A stretch of 64,000 nt of DNA from a bacterium (GTDB lineage: Bacteria; UBA8248): assembly GCA_963692865.2 (NCBI GenBank), contig OY843592.1, positions 2,496,001 to 2,560,000 of the forward strand, in the 5' to 3' direction. Position 1 is the stretch's first letter, and each line of letters starts with the position of its first letter. The position numbers were made by a program, and so were the translations under genes. Below, one piece after another: positions 11,026 through 21,263 of the stretch. Under the pieces are notes generated by a model. That model ran no database searches. It saw nothing but the letters and a program-made list of their open reading frames with translations, and was not told the origin of the DNA.

Positions 11026-12720
11026 TCATCTTCCTGCACCTGGGCGCGCCTCTCGGATGGTGCGGCTCAAATAAATCACGGGCAACAAACCTGCCGCAAC
11101 GATGCTCAAAGAGCCGAGAGCGCTTTCTTCTAAAAGTTCATCCGTAGCCAGTTGGTGAACCTGTGTGGCCAGTGTTTCAAAATTAAACGGACGCAATATG
11201 ATTGTAATGGGGAGTTCTTTCATCGTATCAACAAACACCAATATCGCCGCCGCCAAGATACCGCCACGGAGCATGGGCAAATGAATTCGTTTGAGAGTTT
11301 TGGCCGGCCCTAGGCCAAGCGTCCGAGCTGCGCCATCCATGTTGGGAGTAATTCTCATCAGGCTGGCTTCCATGGTGCCATAGGAAAGCGCGAGGAAACG
11401 AGTCAGATATCCATAGGTGACGGCCGCGACCGTGCCGCTAAACAGCAAACCTGTGGAGATACCGAAAACATTACTAAGAAACCCTTGGATAAGTACATCT
11501 ATCTTGCCCATGGGAATCAGCACGCCGACGGCGAGAACTGCACCGGGTACAGCATATCCAACACTGGCGAACCTAGCAGCCGATTTGAGCAACGGTTTTT
11601 CCTGGAGACGGACGCCATACGCCAGAAAAATGCCTGCCACTACGGATAGAACTGCGCTCAAGGATGATAAAACCAGGCTGTTCGAAAGAATGGAATAAAA
11701 ATCACGTGAAATGCTTTCTTCATAATAGTTCCAAGCGTAATAGCCCAAAATAGATGACGGCAGAATGAATCCGAATCCGATTGGCAACAGACACGTGAGC
11801 ACCGCGCCCAGCATTTTTACGCCTCGCAATTGGTAACTTGGGAGGGTTTGATATTTCGTGGAAGTATTAAAATACCTTTGATTGGCGCGAGATTTTCTCT
11901 CCGCCCACAATAGAAGCAAGACAAAACACAGGGCGACAACGGCAAGTTGAGCAGCGCCTGACAGATTGTTCATGTTGAGCCACACGTCGAAGATTCCGGC
12001 AGTGAGCGTTTCCACGGCAAAGAAATCAACCGTTCCAAAGTCATTCAGCGCTTCCATCAGGGCCAGACTCACACCGATGATCAGCGATGGACGCGCCGAG
12101 GGCAGGGCTATGGAAATAAAACTCTGCCACGCGGTCTTACCCAAAGTTCTGCTCACCTCCAATATACAGACCGATTGTTGAACAAAAGCCACGCGCGCGA
12201 GCAGGTAAACATACGGGTAAAGCGTAAGCGTCATCACGAAAATCGCGCCGCCCAGAGAGCGTATCTCAGGAAACCAGTAGTCCCGACTCGATTCCCATCC
12301 AAAGATGCCGCGTAACAGCGTCTGCACCGGGCCCGCGAATTCAAAAACGTCGGTATACACATAGGCCACGACATACGCAGGCATCGCCAGGGGCAAGAGC
12401 AGCGCCCATTCAAAAATTCGTCGACCCGGAAATCGGCATAGAGTCACCAGCCACGCGGTGCTGGTCCCGATGAGCAGCGTGCCCATGCCTGCTCCCAGCA
12501 TCAGGCCGATTGTGGTCATTACATAGCGCGACAATACGGTCGTGAGCAGGTGGTGCCAGATGTCACCACTAGGCCGAAGGGCGAATATAATAACTGCCAG
12601 GAGAGGAGCCGCAATGAATAATGCGAGCAGAAGGGTTCCGCTCGTCCAGATATCCAATTGGAGCCATTTAGATGACTGCCTCGGGGAGGCGTCTATGTTA
12701 AACCCAACACCTGCACTCAT
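11026..12720 (-). CDS. Fe3+ ABC transporter permease (FbpB/FutB-like)
   Basis: Two TM modules; LPLAMPAYV, ME.LNDFG, VD.MKELP.T..LRPFNFETLA. Confidence 0.92.
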   Translation of the reverse strand: MSAGVGFNIDASPRQSSKWLQLDIWTSGTLLLALFIAAPLLAVIIFALRPSGDIWHHLLTTVLSRYVMTTIGLMLGAGMGTLLIGTSTAWLVTLCRFPGRRIFEWALLLPLAMPAYVVAYVYTDVFEFAGPVQTLLRGIFGWESSRDYWFPEIRSLGGAIFVMTLTLYPYVYLLARVAFVQQSVCILEVSRTLGKTAWQSFISIALPSARPSLIIGVSLALMEALNDFGTVDFFAVETLTAGIFDVWLNMNNLSGAAQLAVVALCFVLLLLWAERKSRANQRYFNTSTKYQTLPSYQLRGVKMLGAVLTCLLPIGFGFILPSSILGYYAWNYYEESISRDFYSILSNSLVLSSLSAVLSVVAGIFLAYGVRLQEKPLLKSAARFASVGYAVPGAVLAVGVLIPMGKIDVLIQGFLSNVFGISTGLLFSGTVAAVTYGYLTRFLALSYGTMEASLMRITPNMDGAARTLGLGPAKTLKRIHLPMLRGGILAAAILVFVDTMKELPITIILRPFNFETLATQVHQLATDELLEESALGSLSIVAAGLLPVIYLSRTIREARPGAGR

Positions 12721-12782
12721 GCCAAACCAATTACGAAATATTCTTCAAATAAATTTGCCTCTTGGAATCTTCTTACAAAAAC

Positions 12783-12838
12783 CAAGACCCCAAAAGCCCT
12801 GTATCTGCAAGAAGGATATTAAGGCTTTTGGGGTCTTG
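12783..12838 (-). terminator. Intercistronic hairpin (terminator or mRNA stabiliser) after the Fe3+ binding-protein gene
   Basis: 16-bp perfect inverted repeat CAAGACCCCAAAAGCC / GGCTTTTGGGGTCTTG with 24-nt loop, T-rich tail on minus strand. Confidence 0.6.
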
Positions 12839-12848
12839 ATACTAGCTG

Positions 12849-13928
12849 CTAGTTGCTGGGTCTGAAGTTATTGTAATCTACCTGGTCTACCAGCTTGGAG
12901 GCGACAGTCCGCTTATTCGCCACTTCGGCCAGATTGATGGTATCGGCCTTGAATTTTCCCCATGAATCGACGAGTGGATGGGTCTTCACGCCCTCTTTCA
13001 ACGGGTATTCATAATTCTGGTCGGCGTAAAGTTTTTGCGCGTATTCGCCACTCAAGAACTCAATGAGACGAACCGCGTTATTGCGATTTTTCGCATGCTT
13101 GGTAACGGCGGCGCCGCTGATGTTAACGTGCGCGCCCCTATCCTTTTGGTTGGGAAATACGATGTATACTGCTTTCGCCCATTCTCTTTGAACTTTCTTT
13201 TTCTTGTTGGTTGCCATTTTCGCCATGTAGTAGGTGTTGGCCAAGGCGAGCTCGCATTCTCCTGCATAAATGGCTTTCGCTTGCGCACGGTCGTTGCCGC
13301 TGGGCTTACGGGCGAGGTTGGACTTGAGGCCCATCAACCATTTCTTGGCTTTCGCTTCGCCCGAATGCGCCACGATGGAGGCGAACAGAGATACGTTGTA
13401 GACGTGCTTGCCGGAACGCGTACAAATCTTGCCTTTCCACTTCGGATCAGCCAGATCCTCATAGCGGGTAATTGCACCCGGTTTTACGCGCTTTTTGCTG
13501 GCGTATATAACGCGTCCGCGAAGCGTGAGCCCAAACCAATGACCCTTGGGATGTCGATAGGACGAGGGGATGTTCTGCTCCAGTACTTTCGACTGCACGG
13601 GTTGCAATAATCCCGCCTCATCCATGTCGTGGAGACGGCCAATATCCACCGTCAACACTGCATCTGCCGCCCCTGGCGTCGCCTTGATCTTCTCAAGCAT
13701 GCCTTTTTTCGCAAAAACCACATTGGTCTTGATGCCTGTTTTTTCAGTGAACGCTTTCAAGATCGGCTTGATGAGAAACGGCTGCCGGTAAGAATATAGG
13801 TTTACAACTTCTTCGGCGCTGACAGCAGTCCTGCCCAAGAACAGGGCAGCCATCATGACAATCATGGTAATTCCAACGTACAACCTTGCACGCTTTGTTT
13901 CGTTTGATGCCGCAAACATAAGTTCCAT
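12849..13928 (-). CDS. Fe3+ ABC transporter substrate-binding protein (FutA/FbpA-like)
   Basis: VNLYSYRQ, RSGKHVYN, GNDRAQ, ANTYY iron-binding tyrosines, NYEYP; signal peptide. Confidence 0.92.
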   Translation of the reverse strand: MELMFAASNETKRARLYVGITMIVMMAALFLGRTAVSAEEVVNLYSYRQPFLIKPILKAFTEKTGIKTNVVFAKKGMLEKIKATPGAADAVLTVDIGRLHDMDEAGLLQPVQSKVLEQNIPSSYRHPKGHWFGLTLRGRVIYASKKRVKPGAITRYEDLADPKWKGKICTRSGKHVYNVSLFASIVAHSGEAKAKKWLMGLKSNLARKPSGNDRAQAKAIYAGECELALANTYYMAKMATNKKKKVQREWAKAVYIVFPNQKDRGAHVNISGAAVTKHAKNRNNAVRLIEFLSGEYAQKLYADQNYEYPLKEGVKTHPLVDSWGKFKADTINLAEVANKRTVASKLVDQVDYNNFRPSN

Positions 13929-14043
13929 CTCCTTTATAGGGGTGTCGGCCTGATGGCGAAATTGCGTGGATAAGTCTCAAGGCAGGCCTTGGGACAAAAA
14001 AGTCAAAACACCTACTGGAATTAGTCTAGTCGTTCAGATTCCC

Positions 14044-14574
14044 TTATTTTTTCGTCAATCCGTCAAAATCGATGACGCTGATATCGCAATGGTAAGAACA
14101 TGTCGGGCATGTATCGACGCTCTCGCAAGAACGGCGAAACTGATGAAATTTCTCTAAAATTTCCTGGTTGCCCGATTCCTCGAAAAAGCGCAGAAGGTCG
14201 AGAAACCTGTCGATGGAGTTGCCGCTCACGTAGTGTTCCATAATGCAGGCATCGATAAAGGCTTGCTTTTCTTCCACTCCCAAAACGTCTGTGAGGAAGT
14301 GCATCAAAATAGAGAATTTGCCCGATACGCCCTTGGCCCGTTTAGCGCCTTCTTCCGTCAAGAGAATGCTTTCATACACGCGATGGGAAACGAGTCCGTT
14401 GGATCGGAGCGTCTTTACCGCGGCGGAAACAGCCGGCTTCGCCACACCCAACATGGAGGCGATATCCGTCACGCGCGCGTAACCTTTGTTCTCCTGAAGG
14501 TCGAATATGGCGCGAAGATAATGTTCTAGGCTGGGCGAAAGGGAGCCGCGTGAGTGGTGAAGCTGTGGAGTCAT
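14044..14574 (-). CDS. DtxR/MntR family metal-dependent transcriptional regulator with Cys-rich C-tail
   Basis: SLEHYL.AIF, ARVTDIA..LGV.KPAVS HTH, LTEEG, DAC.MEH; tail CESVDTCPTCSYHC. Confidence 0.88.
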   Translation of the reverse strand: MTPQLHHSRGSLSPSLEHYLRAIFDLQENKGYARVTDIASMLGVAKPAVSAAVKTLRSNGLVSHRVYESILLTEEGAKRAKGVSGKFSILMHFLTDVLGVEEKQAFIDACIMEHYVSGNSIDRFLDLLRFFEESGNQEILEKFHQFRRSCESVDTCPTCSYHCDISVIDFDGLTKK

Positions 14575-14608
14575 GGTGTAAACCCTTTTTATTAAACATG
14601 TGCCACAA

Positions 14609-14654
14609 TGTTAAATTCAACTAACAATGTTACTTTTATTTTTCCGGTTGTCAA
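14609..14654 (-). promoter_or_regulatory. Sigma70-type promoter with adjacent DtxR-like palindromic operator
   Basis: Minus strand TTGACA (14654-14649)-N16-TAACAT (14632-14627), then dyad TGTTAG-TTGAAT-TTAACA (14626-14609). Confidence 0.6.
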
Positions 14655-14901
14655 GAGCAAAATGGAAAATTTTTCGCTCCATACGCAGGCAGGACAATCA
14701 GGGTGATGAGGGTTTACTTTAAATTAAATACCCAACCGATTGTTTCAAATTGTATTCAGCATCACAACAATTTTGATGAAGAGAAAACCAACCCTTGGCC
14801 TCACGGTATTTTAGTAATGGAAGGAAAAGTCGTTTGCGAGGAATTGCTGAATCATCCACATCAAAGCGGAGAAAACGATTCGTGAAATTTGAATAATGCA
14901 C

Positions 14902-15837
14902 TCATTCCAAAAATGATTGAATGGCGCCGCGAACACCCGCCCATTCCCCTAATTTTCCCAATAGAACTTTCGATGAATAGCAGGCCTGCTCGAAAGAATT
15001 TTCCTCCCAGGCTTTCTGGGCAGTCGGCAGGAAATGCTCCTTCGCGTTCACCAGCCCTCCCACGAGAACGATGCCTTCCGGATTCAGCAAATTCATGATG
15101 CTGCCGATTCCAACCCCAAGGGAATAGCCGCCATTTTTCCATATAGCCTTTGCTGCATGGTCCCCGGAATCGGCCAGTTCGGCCAAGGAAATCGGCGATA
15201 TTTTATCGAGCGACCCGATAGCGGAATCCGGGTGCCGCGCCGCATACGACTTGGCATCTCTTTCCAAAGCCCAACTCGAAAAATATGCTTCCAGACATCC
15301 GCGAGAACCGCAGGCGCACAGCTTGCCGTTTTTTTCGATTACCATATGGCCGACTTCTCCCGCCATTCCAGACGCGCCCCTCCAGATTGCTCCATTTTGA
15401 ACAAGACCTCCACCCACGCCGGTACCCAGCGTAACAATGAACATACTCTCATATCCTTCACCAGCACCGGCGAAATATTCCCCCAGCGCGGCGGCATTCG
15501 CATCGTTCATCATATGAACCGGAGTAGGAGAGAAAGCATCTTTCAACATTCTCAATAATGGTATCCCGCTAAGAGCGGGCAGATTAGGGGAATCGACAAT
15601 TGTGCCGGCGTCTGAATCCAGAACACCTGCAACGGCAACGCCAATGCCCTTGAGACGATTATTTGGATTAAGGGTTTTTGCCGCTTCGATGAATAAATCG
15701 AGATAACTTTGTGTTGTCCGGCAGAGTTTCGTATCCAGGGAGAGACGTTCTTGTAACTCTCCGTCAAGACCGAAAGACGACGCCTTGAGGAAAGATCCCC
15801 CAAGATCGAAGCCAACATAAATATCGGTGCAGGGCAA
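14902..15837 (-). CDS. ROK family sugar kinase (glucokinase-like)
   Basis: GFDLGG, NDANAAALGE, TLGTGVGGG, GEVGH, CACGSRGCLE. Confidence 0.92.
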   Translation of the reverse strand: MPCTDIYVGFDLGGSFLKASSFGLDGELQERLSLDTKLCRTTQSYLDLFIEAAKTLNPNNRLKGIGVAVAGVLDSDAGTIVDSPNLPALSGIPLLRMLKDAFSPTPVHMMNDANAAALGEYFAGAGEGYESMFIVTLGTGVGGGLVQNGAIWRGASGMAGEVGHMVIEKNGKLCACGSRGCLEAYFSSWALERDAKSYAARHPDSAIGSLDKISPISLAELADSGDHAAKAIWKNGGYSLGVGIGSIMNLLNPEGIVLVGGLVNAKEHFLPTAQKAWEENSFEQACYSSKVLLGKLGEWAGVRGAIQSFLE

Positions 15838-15953
15838 TAGTCAGGCCTCTGAAAAGTGGAGTCTTATCTTCCAAGTATTCTCGTTGAGGATTTTACCAAG
15901 AGGAAGGATCAGCGCAATCTATCCTTTGAGTCTACGTTGAGCAGATGAATCGG

Positions 15954-16700
15954 CTACTTCAGGGAAGCGGTCAAATCGCCAGCAACGGAAACACCTGCGG
16001 CATCCCCTTCGAATTCAACTTGGGCGATATAGCTCTCGGCATCGGAAAGCGTATCGTCCGTATCGATCATTAACGCAATGCCGCCAACTACTGGCGCCTC
16101 GGCGCCGAACACGCTTCGATAATCATCCATCACGTTTCGTTTTTCAGTAATCCATTTATCGAGGTGGTCCATACCGCTTCTGACGACGATATAATGGACC
16201 ATTGGGTTCTTGCGGCTTCTTAGAATTGTGCCTTGAGGCGCGTTTGTTTCCCAGACGTAACCAATGAATTGGCTGTTGATAAAACTGGGGAACCTGGGAA
16301 ATACGACGTAAACACCGGCCGCCTGGTCATCGGATTCACTGCTTCTCGCATCCGCGCCATCTGGCAGTTTCGTCACCTTCCATTTCCATGAGAGAACCGG
16401 AAATTTCTTGAGGTCCAGTTTCATTTCCCGGTGAATCGAAACGGACGCCTTTTCGCTTCGCATCCGAAGCACTTTCTCATCATGATTTTTGTCTTGAATC
16501 AATTTGATGTCGGGTGTTCCGCTCCAAACTTTGAGCACCCAATCTTTCGGTATTTGCTTGGAATCTGTAGCGCCCGAACTCTCGGCGAAGTCCGTCACGA
16601 CCACTTTGTCCTTTTGGGCGGACGCAGGGCAAGGCTGTTGCATGGCTACGAAGGGCACCAAAACGGCGAAAATAGCCGTCTGGAATTGCCTCATGATCAT
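15954..16700 (-). CDS. DUF3047 family exported protein
   Basis: LSWKWKV, DDQAAGVYVVF, GYVW, W..EKRNV..DY...FG, IALM.DTDDT; start moved downstream of overlap with next gene. Confidence 0.75.
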   Translation of the reverse strand: MIMRQFQTAIFAVLVPFVAMQQPCPASAQKDKVVVTDFAESSGATDSKQIPKDWVLKVWSGTPDIKLIQDKNHDEKVLRMRSEKASVSIHREMKLDLKKFPVLSWKWKVTKLPDGADARSSESDDQAAGVYVVFPRFPSFINSQFIGYVWETNAPQGTILRSRKNPMVHYIVVRSGMDHLDKWITEKRNVMDDYRSVFGAEAPVVGGIALMIDTDDTLSDAESYIAQVEFEGDAAGVSVAGDLTASLK

Positions 16701-16771
16701 GTCCTGTGGATTTCCCGGCGATTGGGCGACCCGTGGATTCACGGATAACCACCGAGATTTAAGCGGTTCCT

Positions 16772-18166
16772 TTAATTCACCAACACAATCACCATATCCA
16801 TTACGTTGGTTCCCGTCGGCCCGGTGTATAAACACGCTCGCCGTGGGTGGAGGAAATTGTAGCTGTTATTATCACGCAAATAGGTATTTGGGTCAAGCTC
16901 TTGTTTTTGCGACGTTTTTGCAGTTCTCCCGTCAACGATTGCGCCTGCCGCCTCCGTGGGGCCGTCTTTACCATCGGTGCCCGCAGCCAGGAGACAGACG
17001 TTTTGATATCCGCGAATTTCAATGGCGAACGCGAGAGCGAGCTCTTGACATCTGCCTCCCAGGCCATCCCCCAAAACCCTCACCGTTGTTTCGCCGCCGT
17101 ACAGCAGGCACTTGGGAGATTGTGTTGAATGAGAATTACCCAAAATCCTCTTGGCGTCTTCCGCAATCGATTTGCCCGCTTTATCGGCTTTACCGCTGAG
17201 AGAGCCGGTTTGCATTTCAACGCTGTAGCCCATTGATTTTGCTTTTTGATACGCTGCATGTAGAGCGATTTCGTTATTCGCCACTACATGGTGGCTCACG
17301 CGCCTGAATATTTGATCGCCGGGAGAAGGGTTACCCGGAATCTCGCCCCTGCAGCCGGCTTCAATCCTGGTTTTGACTGCTTCAGGTATTTCTCGGAAAA
17401 CACCGTAGCGTTGCAAATATGCTTTCGCCTGAACAAATGTGGACGAATCGCCGGTGGCGGGGCCGGAAGCAATCACGTCTAGTGGGTCGCCAATCACGTC
17501 GGAAACGAGAAGAACGACCATGCGAGCAGGGAAGACTTTTCGGGCCAGATTCCCGCCCTTCAGACCGGACAAGTGCTTTCGGACACAATTGAGGGCCTCG
17601 ATGGGCGCACCTGCTTGCAGCAAAGAATTCGTCACGAACTGTTTGTCATTAAGAGAAATTCCAGGCACCGGTGAGGGCATCAGGGCCGAACCTCCGCCTG
17701 AGAGAAGAAAAATCACTACATCCTCTCGCCGGGCGCCGACAGCCCGTTCTTCGATTTCCCGAGAGGCTTCCAGACCGGAGATGTCGGGAGTGGGGTGTGA
17801 TGCTTCCAGAACTTCGATGCATCTGCATCTTTCCCCATGGCCATATTGGGTGACGACGGCGCCCCCATCGATTCGTTTTCCAAGTCGTCGCTCCACCGCG
17901 CGCGCCATCTGAGAACTTGCCTTTCCCGCTCCCAAGACGATGATTCGCCCTGTTTTATCGAGAGATATTCTTTCCTTGCCGAAAACGACAAACTCTCGTT
18001 CCCTGTCGAATTTTATGTAGCGGTAAACGGCTTCACCCGCATGTGCCGCATTCAGCCCGGCCCGGAAGATTGCGCGCGCGTCTCGCTTCAAGGATCTGCG
18101 GAGTTTTGATTTTGCGTAACGAGCCATTTTATTGATTGAGGAAATAGAACGTGAATAGTGCTTCAC
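16772..18166 (-). CDS. Glycerate 2-kinase (MOFRL family)
   Basis: GAGKAS, ASHPTPD, LLSGGGSAL, SDVIGD, GGETTV, GTDG.DGPT, TGPTGTNVMD. Confidence 0.92.
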   Translation of the reverse strand: MKHYSRSISSINKMARYAKSKLRRSLKRDARAIFRAGLNAAHAGEAVYRYIKFDREREFVVFGKERISLDKTGRIIVLGAGKASSQMARAVERRLGKRIDGGAVVTQYGHGERCRCIEVLEASHPTPDISGLEASREIEERAVGARREDVVIFLLSGGGSALMPSPVPGISLNDKQFVTNSLLQAGAPIEALNCVRKHLSGLKGGNLARKVFPARMVVLLVSDVIGDPLDVIASGPATGDSSTFVQAKAYLQRYGVFREIPEAVKTRIEAGCRGEIPGNPSPGDQIFRRVSHHVVANNEIALHAAYQKAKSMGYSVEMQTGSLSGKADKAGKSIAEDAKRILGNSHSTQSPKCLLYGGETTVRVLGDGLGGRCQELALAFAIEIRGYQNVCLLAAGTDGKDGPTEAAGAIVDGRTAKTSQKQELDPNTYLRDNNSYNFLHPRRACLYTGPTGTNVMDMVIVLVN

Positions 18167-18245
18167 CCTTTTCTTTGATCCGATGTAATCTTGATTTTAC
18201 ATGAAATCGGTGGTTCTTGCCCGGCGTCAAATTAAAGGAGAAGAA

Positions 18246-19250
18246 GTGGCGAGTGTCGGAATCATTGCCAACCCGCAATCAGGAAAAGACATTCGTAGGC
18301 TGGTTGCGTTGGCGAGTTCTTTCAGCAACAACGAAAAGGTGCTCATACTTCGCCGCGTGATGGCTGGTCTGGTGGCGATGGGCCTCGACAGGATATTGAT
18401 GTTCAACGACCTCGGTTCCTTGGGAGCCGTTGCGCTCGATGGCTTTCGCCAGGATAACAAGTCCTCGAAAGTGAAGCTTTTTGACGTGGACGCCACGGGA
18501 GAGACGGCGGATTCCACCAAAGCGGCTCGCAAACTCGCCGAACTGGGAGTTCGATGTATTATTGTTCTCGGGGGCGATGGCACTTGCCGCGCCGTCGCCA
18601 AGGGATGCGGAAAAACCGCCTTAATTCCATTGTCGACCGGGACGAACAATGCCTTTCCTTTTGCGTGGGAAGGGACAGTGGCCGGTATGGCCGCTGCTTT
18701 GTATGCTTTTCAGCCGAGAGTCTATCAAGGCGAGATGCAAGTAACGAAACAACTCCATGTGGATCTGAATGGCGCCTCCGAAAGCGCCCTGGTTGATATC
18801 GCGATTCTCAAGGAATCATTCTACGGCGCGCGCGCAATTTGGGATGTGGGACGTGTGGACTCGCTCGCGCTCACGAGAAGCGAACCAGGGCGTTTGGGAC
18901 TTTCTTCTTTGGGCGCAAGTATACACCCGGTCGATGCGCATGAGCCGCTGGGACTGTGGTTGAAATTGGGAACGAAGAGCAAGAGCAATCACCACATTCT
19001 TTCTCCTATCGGGCCGGGGCAGGTTGCTTCCGCCGTGGTGATGGAACACGAGGTCGTCAAACCGGGAGAAAGCGTAAGATATCGTGCGCCGAATGTACGC
19101 GTGCTGGCCTTCGATGGAGAGCGGGAGCATCTGTTGAGCAAAGGCGCAGAGGTAGAAATATCATTGCGGATCGATGGACCGACAATACTGAACGTTCCCG
19201 CCATATTGAAGAAAGCAGCCATTCGAGGTGATTTTCAAATCAAGAATTGA
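18246..19250 (+). CDS. AcoX-like ATP-NAD kinase family protein
   Basis: VGIIANPQSGKDIRRLVA, VLGGDGT, STGTNN.FP, AFDGERE; GTG start after AAGGAG. Confidence 0.8.
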   Translation: MASVGIIANPQSGKDIRRLVALASSFSNNEKVLILRRVMAGLVAMGLDRILMFNDLGSLGAVALDGFRQDNKSSKVKLFDVDATGETADSTKAARKLAELGVRCIIVLGGDGTCRAVAKGCGKTALIPLSTGTNNAFPFAWEGTVAGMAAALYAFQPRVYQGEMQVTKQLHVDLNGASESALVDIAILKESFYGARAIWDVGRVDSLALTRSEPGRLGLSSLGASIHPVDAHEPLGLWLKLGTKSKSNHHILSPIGPGQVASAVVMEHEVVKPGESVRYRAPNVRVLAFDGEREHLLSKGAEVEISLRIDGPTILNVPAILKKAAIRGDFQIKN

Positions 19251-19304
19251 TGGGCACGGCTTCACCATCGTTTCTTGGAGAGCAGGAGATATAATCGAAT
19301 ATGG

Positions 19305-19363
19305 TTGACAAAAAAATCCCGAGCGTTTATTCTGCGTTAGCACTCAGTTCTGTCGAGTGCCAA
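19305..19363 (+). promoter_or_regulatory. Sigma70 promoter followed by CIRCE (HrcA operator)
   Basis: TTGACA (19305)-N17-TATTCT (19328); TTAGCACTC-N9-GAGTGCCAA (19337-19363), 17/18 match to the CIRCE consensus. Confidence 0.85.
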
Positions 19364-19509
19364 GATATTGATAATAAAGAATTTAATTGGTTTTCATGTT
19401 CACCTCGAAAGTTCTTGATGTTTAAATCACACAAATGAATCGCTCAGCTTGATATTCTGGGAAGAGCAAAACGGCTTGGACGCAATCGAATAATTTTGCA
19501 TAGATTCTT

Positions 19510-20490
19510 TTGGGGAGTCCTTCGTTGATACGGGTTGAAAACCTAACCAAGTATTACGGCAACCTTCGTGGTGTGACGGATATATCCTTCCAGGTCGAGG
19601 AGGGAGAGGTACTGGGTTTTCTCGGCCCTAACGGCGCCGGAAAATCCACGACCATGCGCATTTTGACGGGATATATGCCGCCTAATTCCGGTTCAGCATG
19701 GGTAGCCGGCATCAATGTTTCAGAATCGCCGCTGGAAGCACAGAAAAACATGGGATACCTCCCCGAAAACAATCCTCTGTACGGCGAAATGACCGTTACA
19801 GCCTACTTGAATTTCGTGGCTTCGATGAAAGGCATGAGCGGCGCGGAGAAATCTGCCGGCATCCAAAGAGTAGTCGGCAGTTGCGGACTCGATGAGGTCG
19901 CCAACCGTCTCATCGGCAATCTCTCGAAAGGGTATCGGCAACGCGTCGGTTTGGCGCAAGCTATGGTAAACGATCCGCCCGTGCTGATTCTCGACGAGCC
20001 AACTTCAGGTCTGGACCCGGCGCAGATCGTTGAAATCCGGAATCTGATTTCAGAACTCAAGGGGAACCGGACCCTTATATTGAGCACGCACATTCTGCCG
20101 GAAGTGAACATGGTTTGTGATCGGGTTGTGATCATCCACCAGGGAAGAGTTGCGGCCGAGGGCGCACTCGATGCTCTGGCGGCGAACCTGCAGGCGGGTT
20201 CGACCATACGTGTTTCCGCGACCGGGACCACAAACGCGCTATCCGATAAAATGAAGGCGGTGCCGGGAGTTGAGCGTATAGAATTGCTGGGCACGTCGAC
20301 GGGGGAGGAAGCGCATTTTGAAGTGTCCGCAAAAGGAGGCGAAGACATTCGCTCCGATCTTGTGGCCGCCGTATCCGCTGCGGAGGGTAAACTCACTGAA
20401 ATTCGTCAGGTGAGGCTGACGCTGGAAGACCTTTTTGTTCGCATCGTCAGCGGGGAGCAAAAGCATGATGAGGAAACCGTAAATGCATAA
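19510..20490 (+). CDS. ABC transporter ATP-binding protein (GldA-like)
   Basis: GPNGAGKST, LSKGYRQRVGLAQA, ILDEPT, LSTHIL.EV. Confidence 0.9.
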   Translation: MGSPSLIRVENLTKYYGNLRGVTDISFQVEEGEVLGFLGPNGAGKSTTMRILTGYMPPNSGSAWVAGINVSESPLEAQKNMGYLPENNPLYGEMTVTAYLNFVASMKGMSGAEKSAGIQRVVGSCGLDEVANRLIGNLSKGYRQRVGLAQAMVNDPPVLILDEPTSGLDPAQIVEIRNLISELKGNRTLILSTHILPEVNMVCDRVVIIHQGRVAAEGALDALAANLQAGSTIRVSATGTTNALSDKMKAVPGVERIELLGTSTGEEAHFEVSAKGGEDIRSDLVAAVSAAEGKLTEIRQVRLTLEDLFVRIVSGEQKHDEETVNA

Positions 20491-21259
20491 CACCTTGTGG
20501 ATATGCCGGCGTGAACTCGCCTCTTTTTTCTTCTCGCCTATTGCTTACGTGGTCCTCGCGGCATGGACGGTATTGATGGGTGTCTTCTATTCCGGCGCTT
20601 TTCTCTCCTATGCCGTCGTTTCCATGCAATTGGCCAGAAACCCCCAAGCTGCTGCGCAATACAACATCACGCCGACTTCCGCCGTCCTCGAGCCGATTTT
20701 CTCCAGCGTAACCGTTATCCTCTTGTTCGTCGCTCCGTTGCTTACAATGCGATTGTTCAGCGAAGAGAAAAAACAGGGCACCATAGAGTTGATGCTCACA
20801 TTCCCACTGCGTAACGGACAAATGTTCGCTGGCAAATACCTCTCCATTTTGTCCTTCTATCTGATAATGCTGGCAATTACTCTCGTCTATCCGATTATTC
20901 TGAGTACTTTCGTCAAAGTGGACTGGACGATCGTCTCCTCGGCCTATTTGGGAATGGTATTGACGGGCATGGCGTTCCTTTCCGTTGGTCTGTTGGCCAG
21001 TTCATGGACTTCGAATCAAATCGTCGCAGCCATGGTCGCCTTCATGATTCTTCTCGCAACTTTCCTGATGGAAGCTCTCGCGATAGCAGCCGGTGAGCCA
21101 TTGTCCTCGATTCTCAGGCATCTTTCATTAGGCATGCACTTGCGAAATTTCATTCGGGGCATCATCGACACGCGCGATATTATCTACCTCGTCAACATCA
21201 ATATTTTGTGTGGTTTTCTCGTGCTCAGATCCCTAGAATATTACAGGTGGAGAGGGTAG
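20483..21259 (+). CDS. ABC-2 permease (GldF-like)
   Basis: RELASFF.SPIAY, PLLTMRLFSEEKK.GT.EL.LT.P, GIID.RD. Confidence 0.88.
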   Translation: MHNTLWICRRELASFFFSPIAYVVLAAWTVLMGVFYSGAFLSYAVVSMQLARNPQAAAQYNITPTSAVLEPIFSSVTVILLFVAPLLTMRLFSEEKKQGTIELMLTFPLRNGQMFAGKYLSILSFYLIMLAITLVYPIILSTFVKVDWTIVSSAYLGMVLTGMAFLSVGLLASSWTSNQIVAAMVAFMILLATFLMEALAIAAGEPLSSILRHLSLGMHLRNFIRGIIDTRDIIYLVNINILCGFLVLRSLEYYRWRG

Positions 21260-21263
21260 GGAC

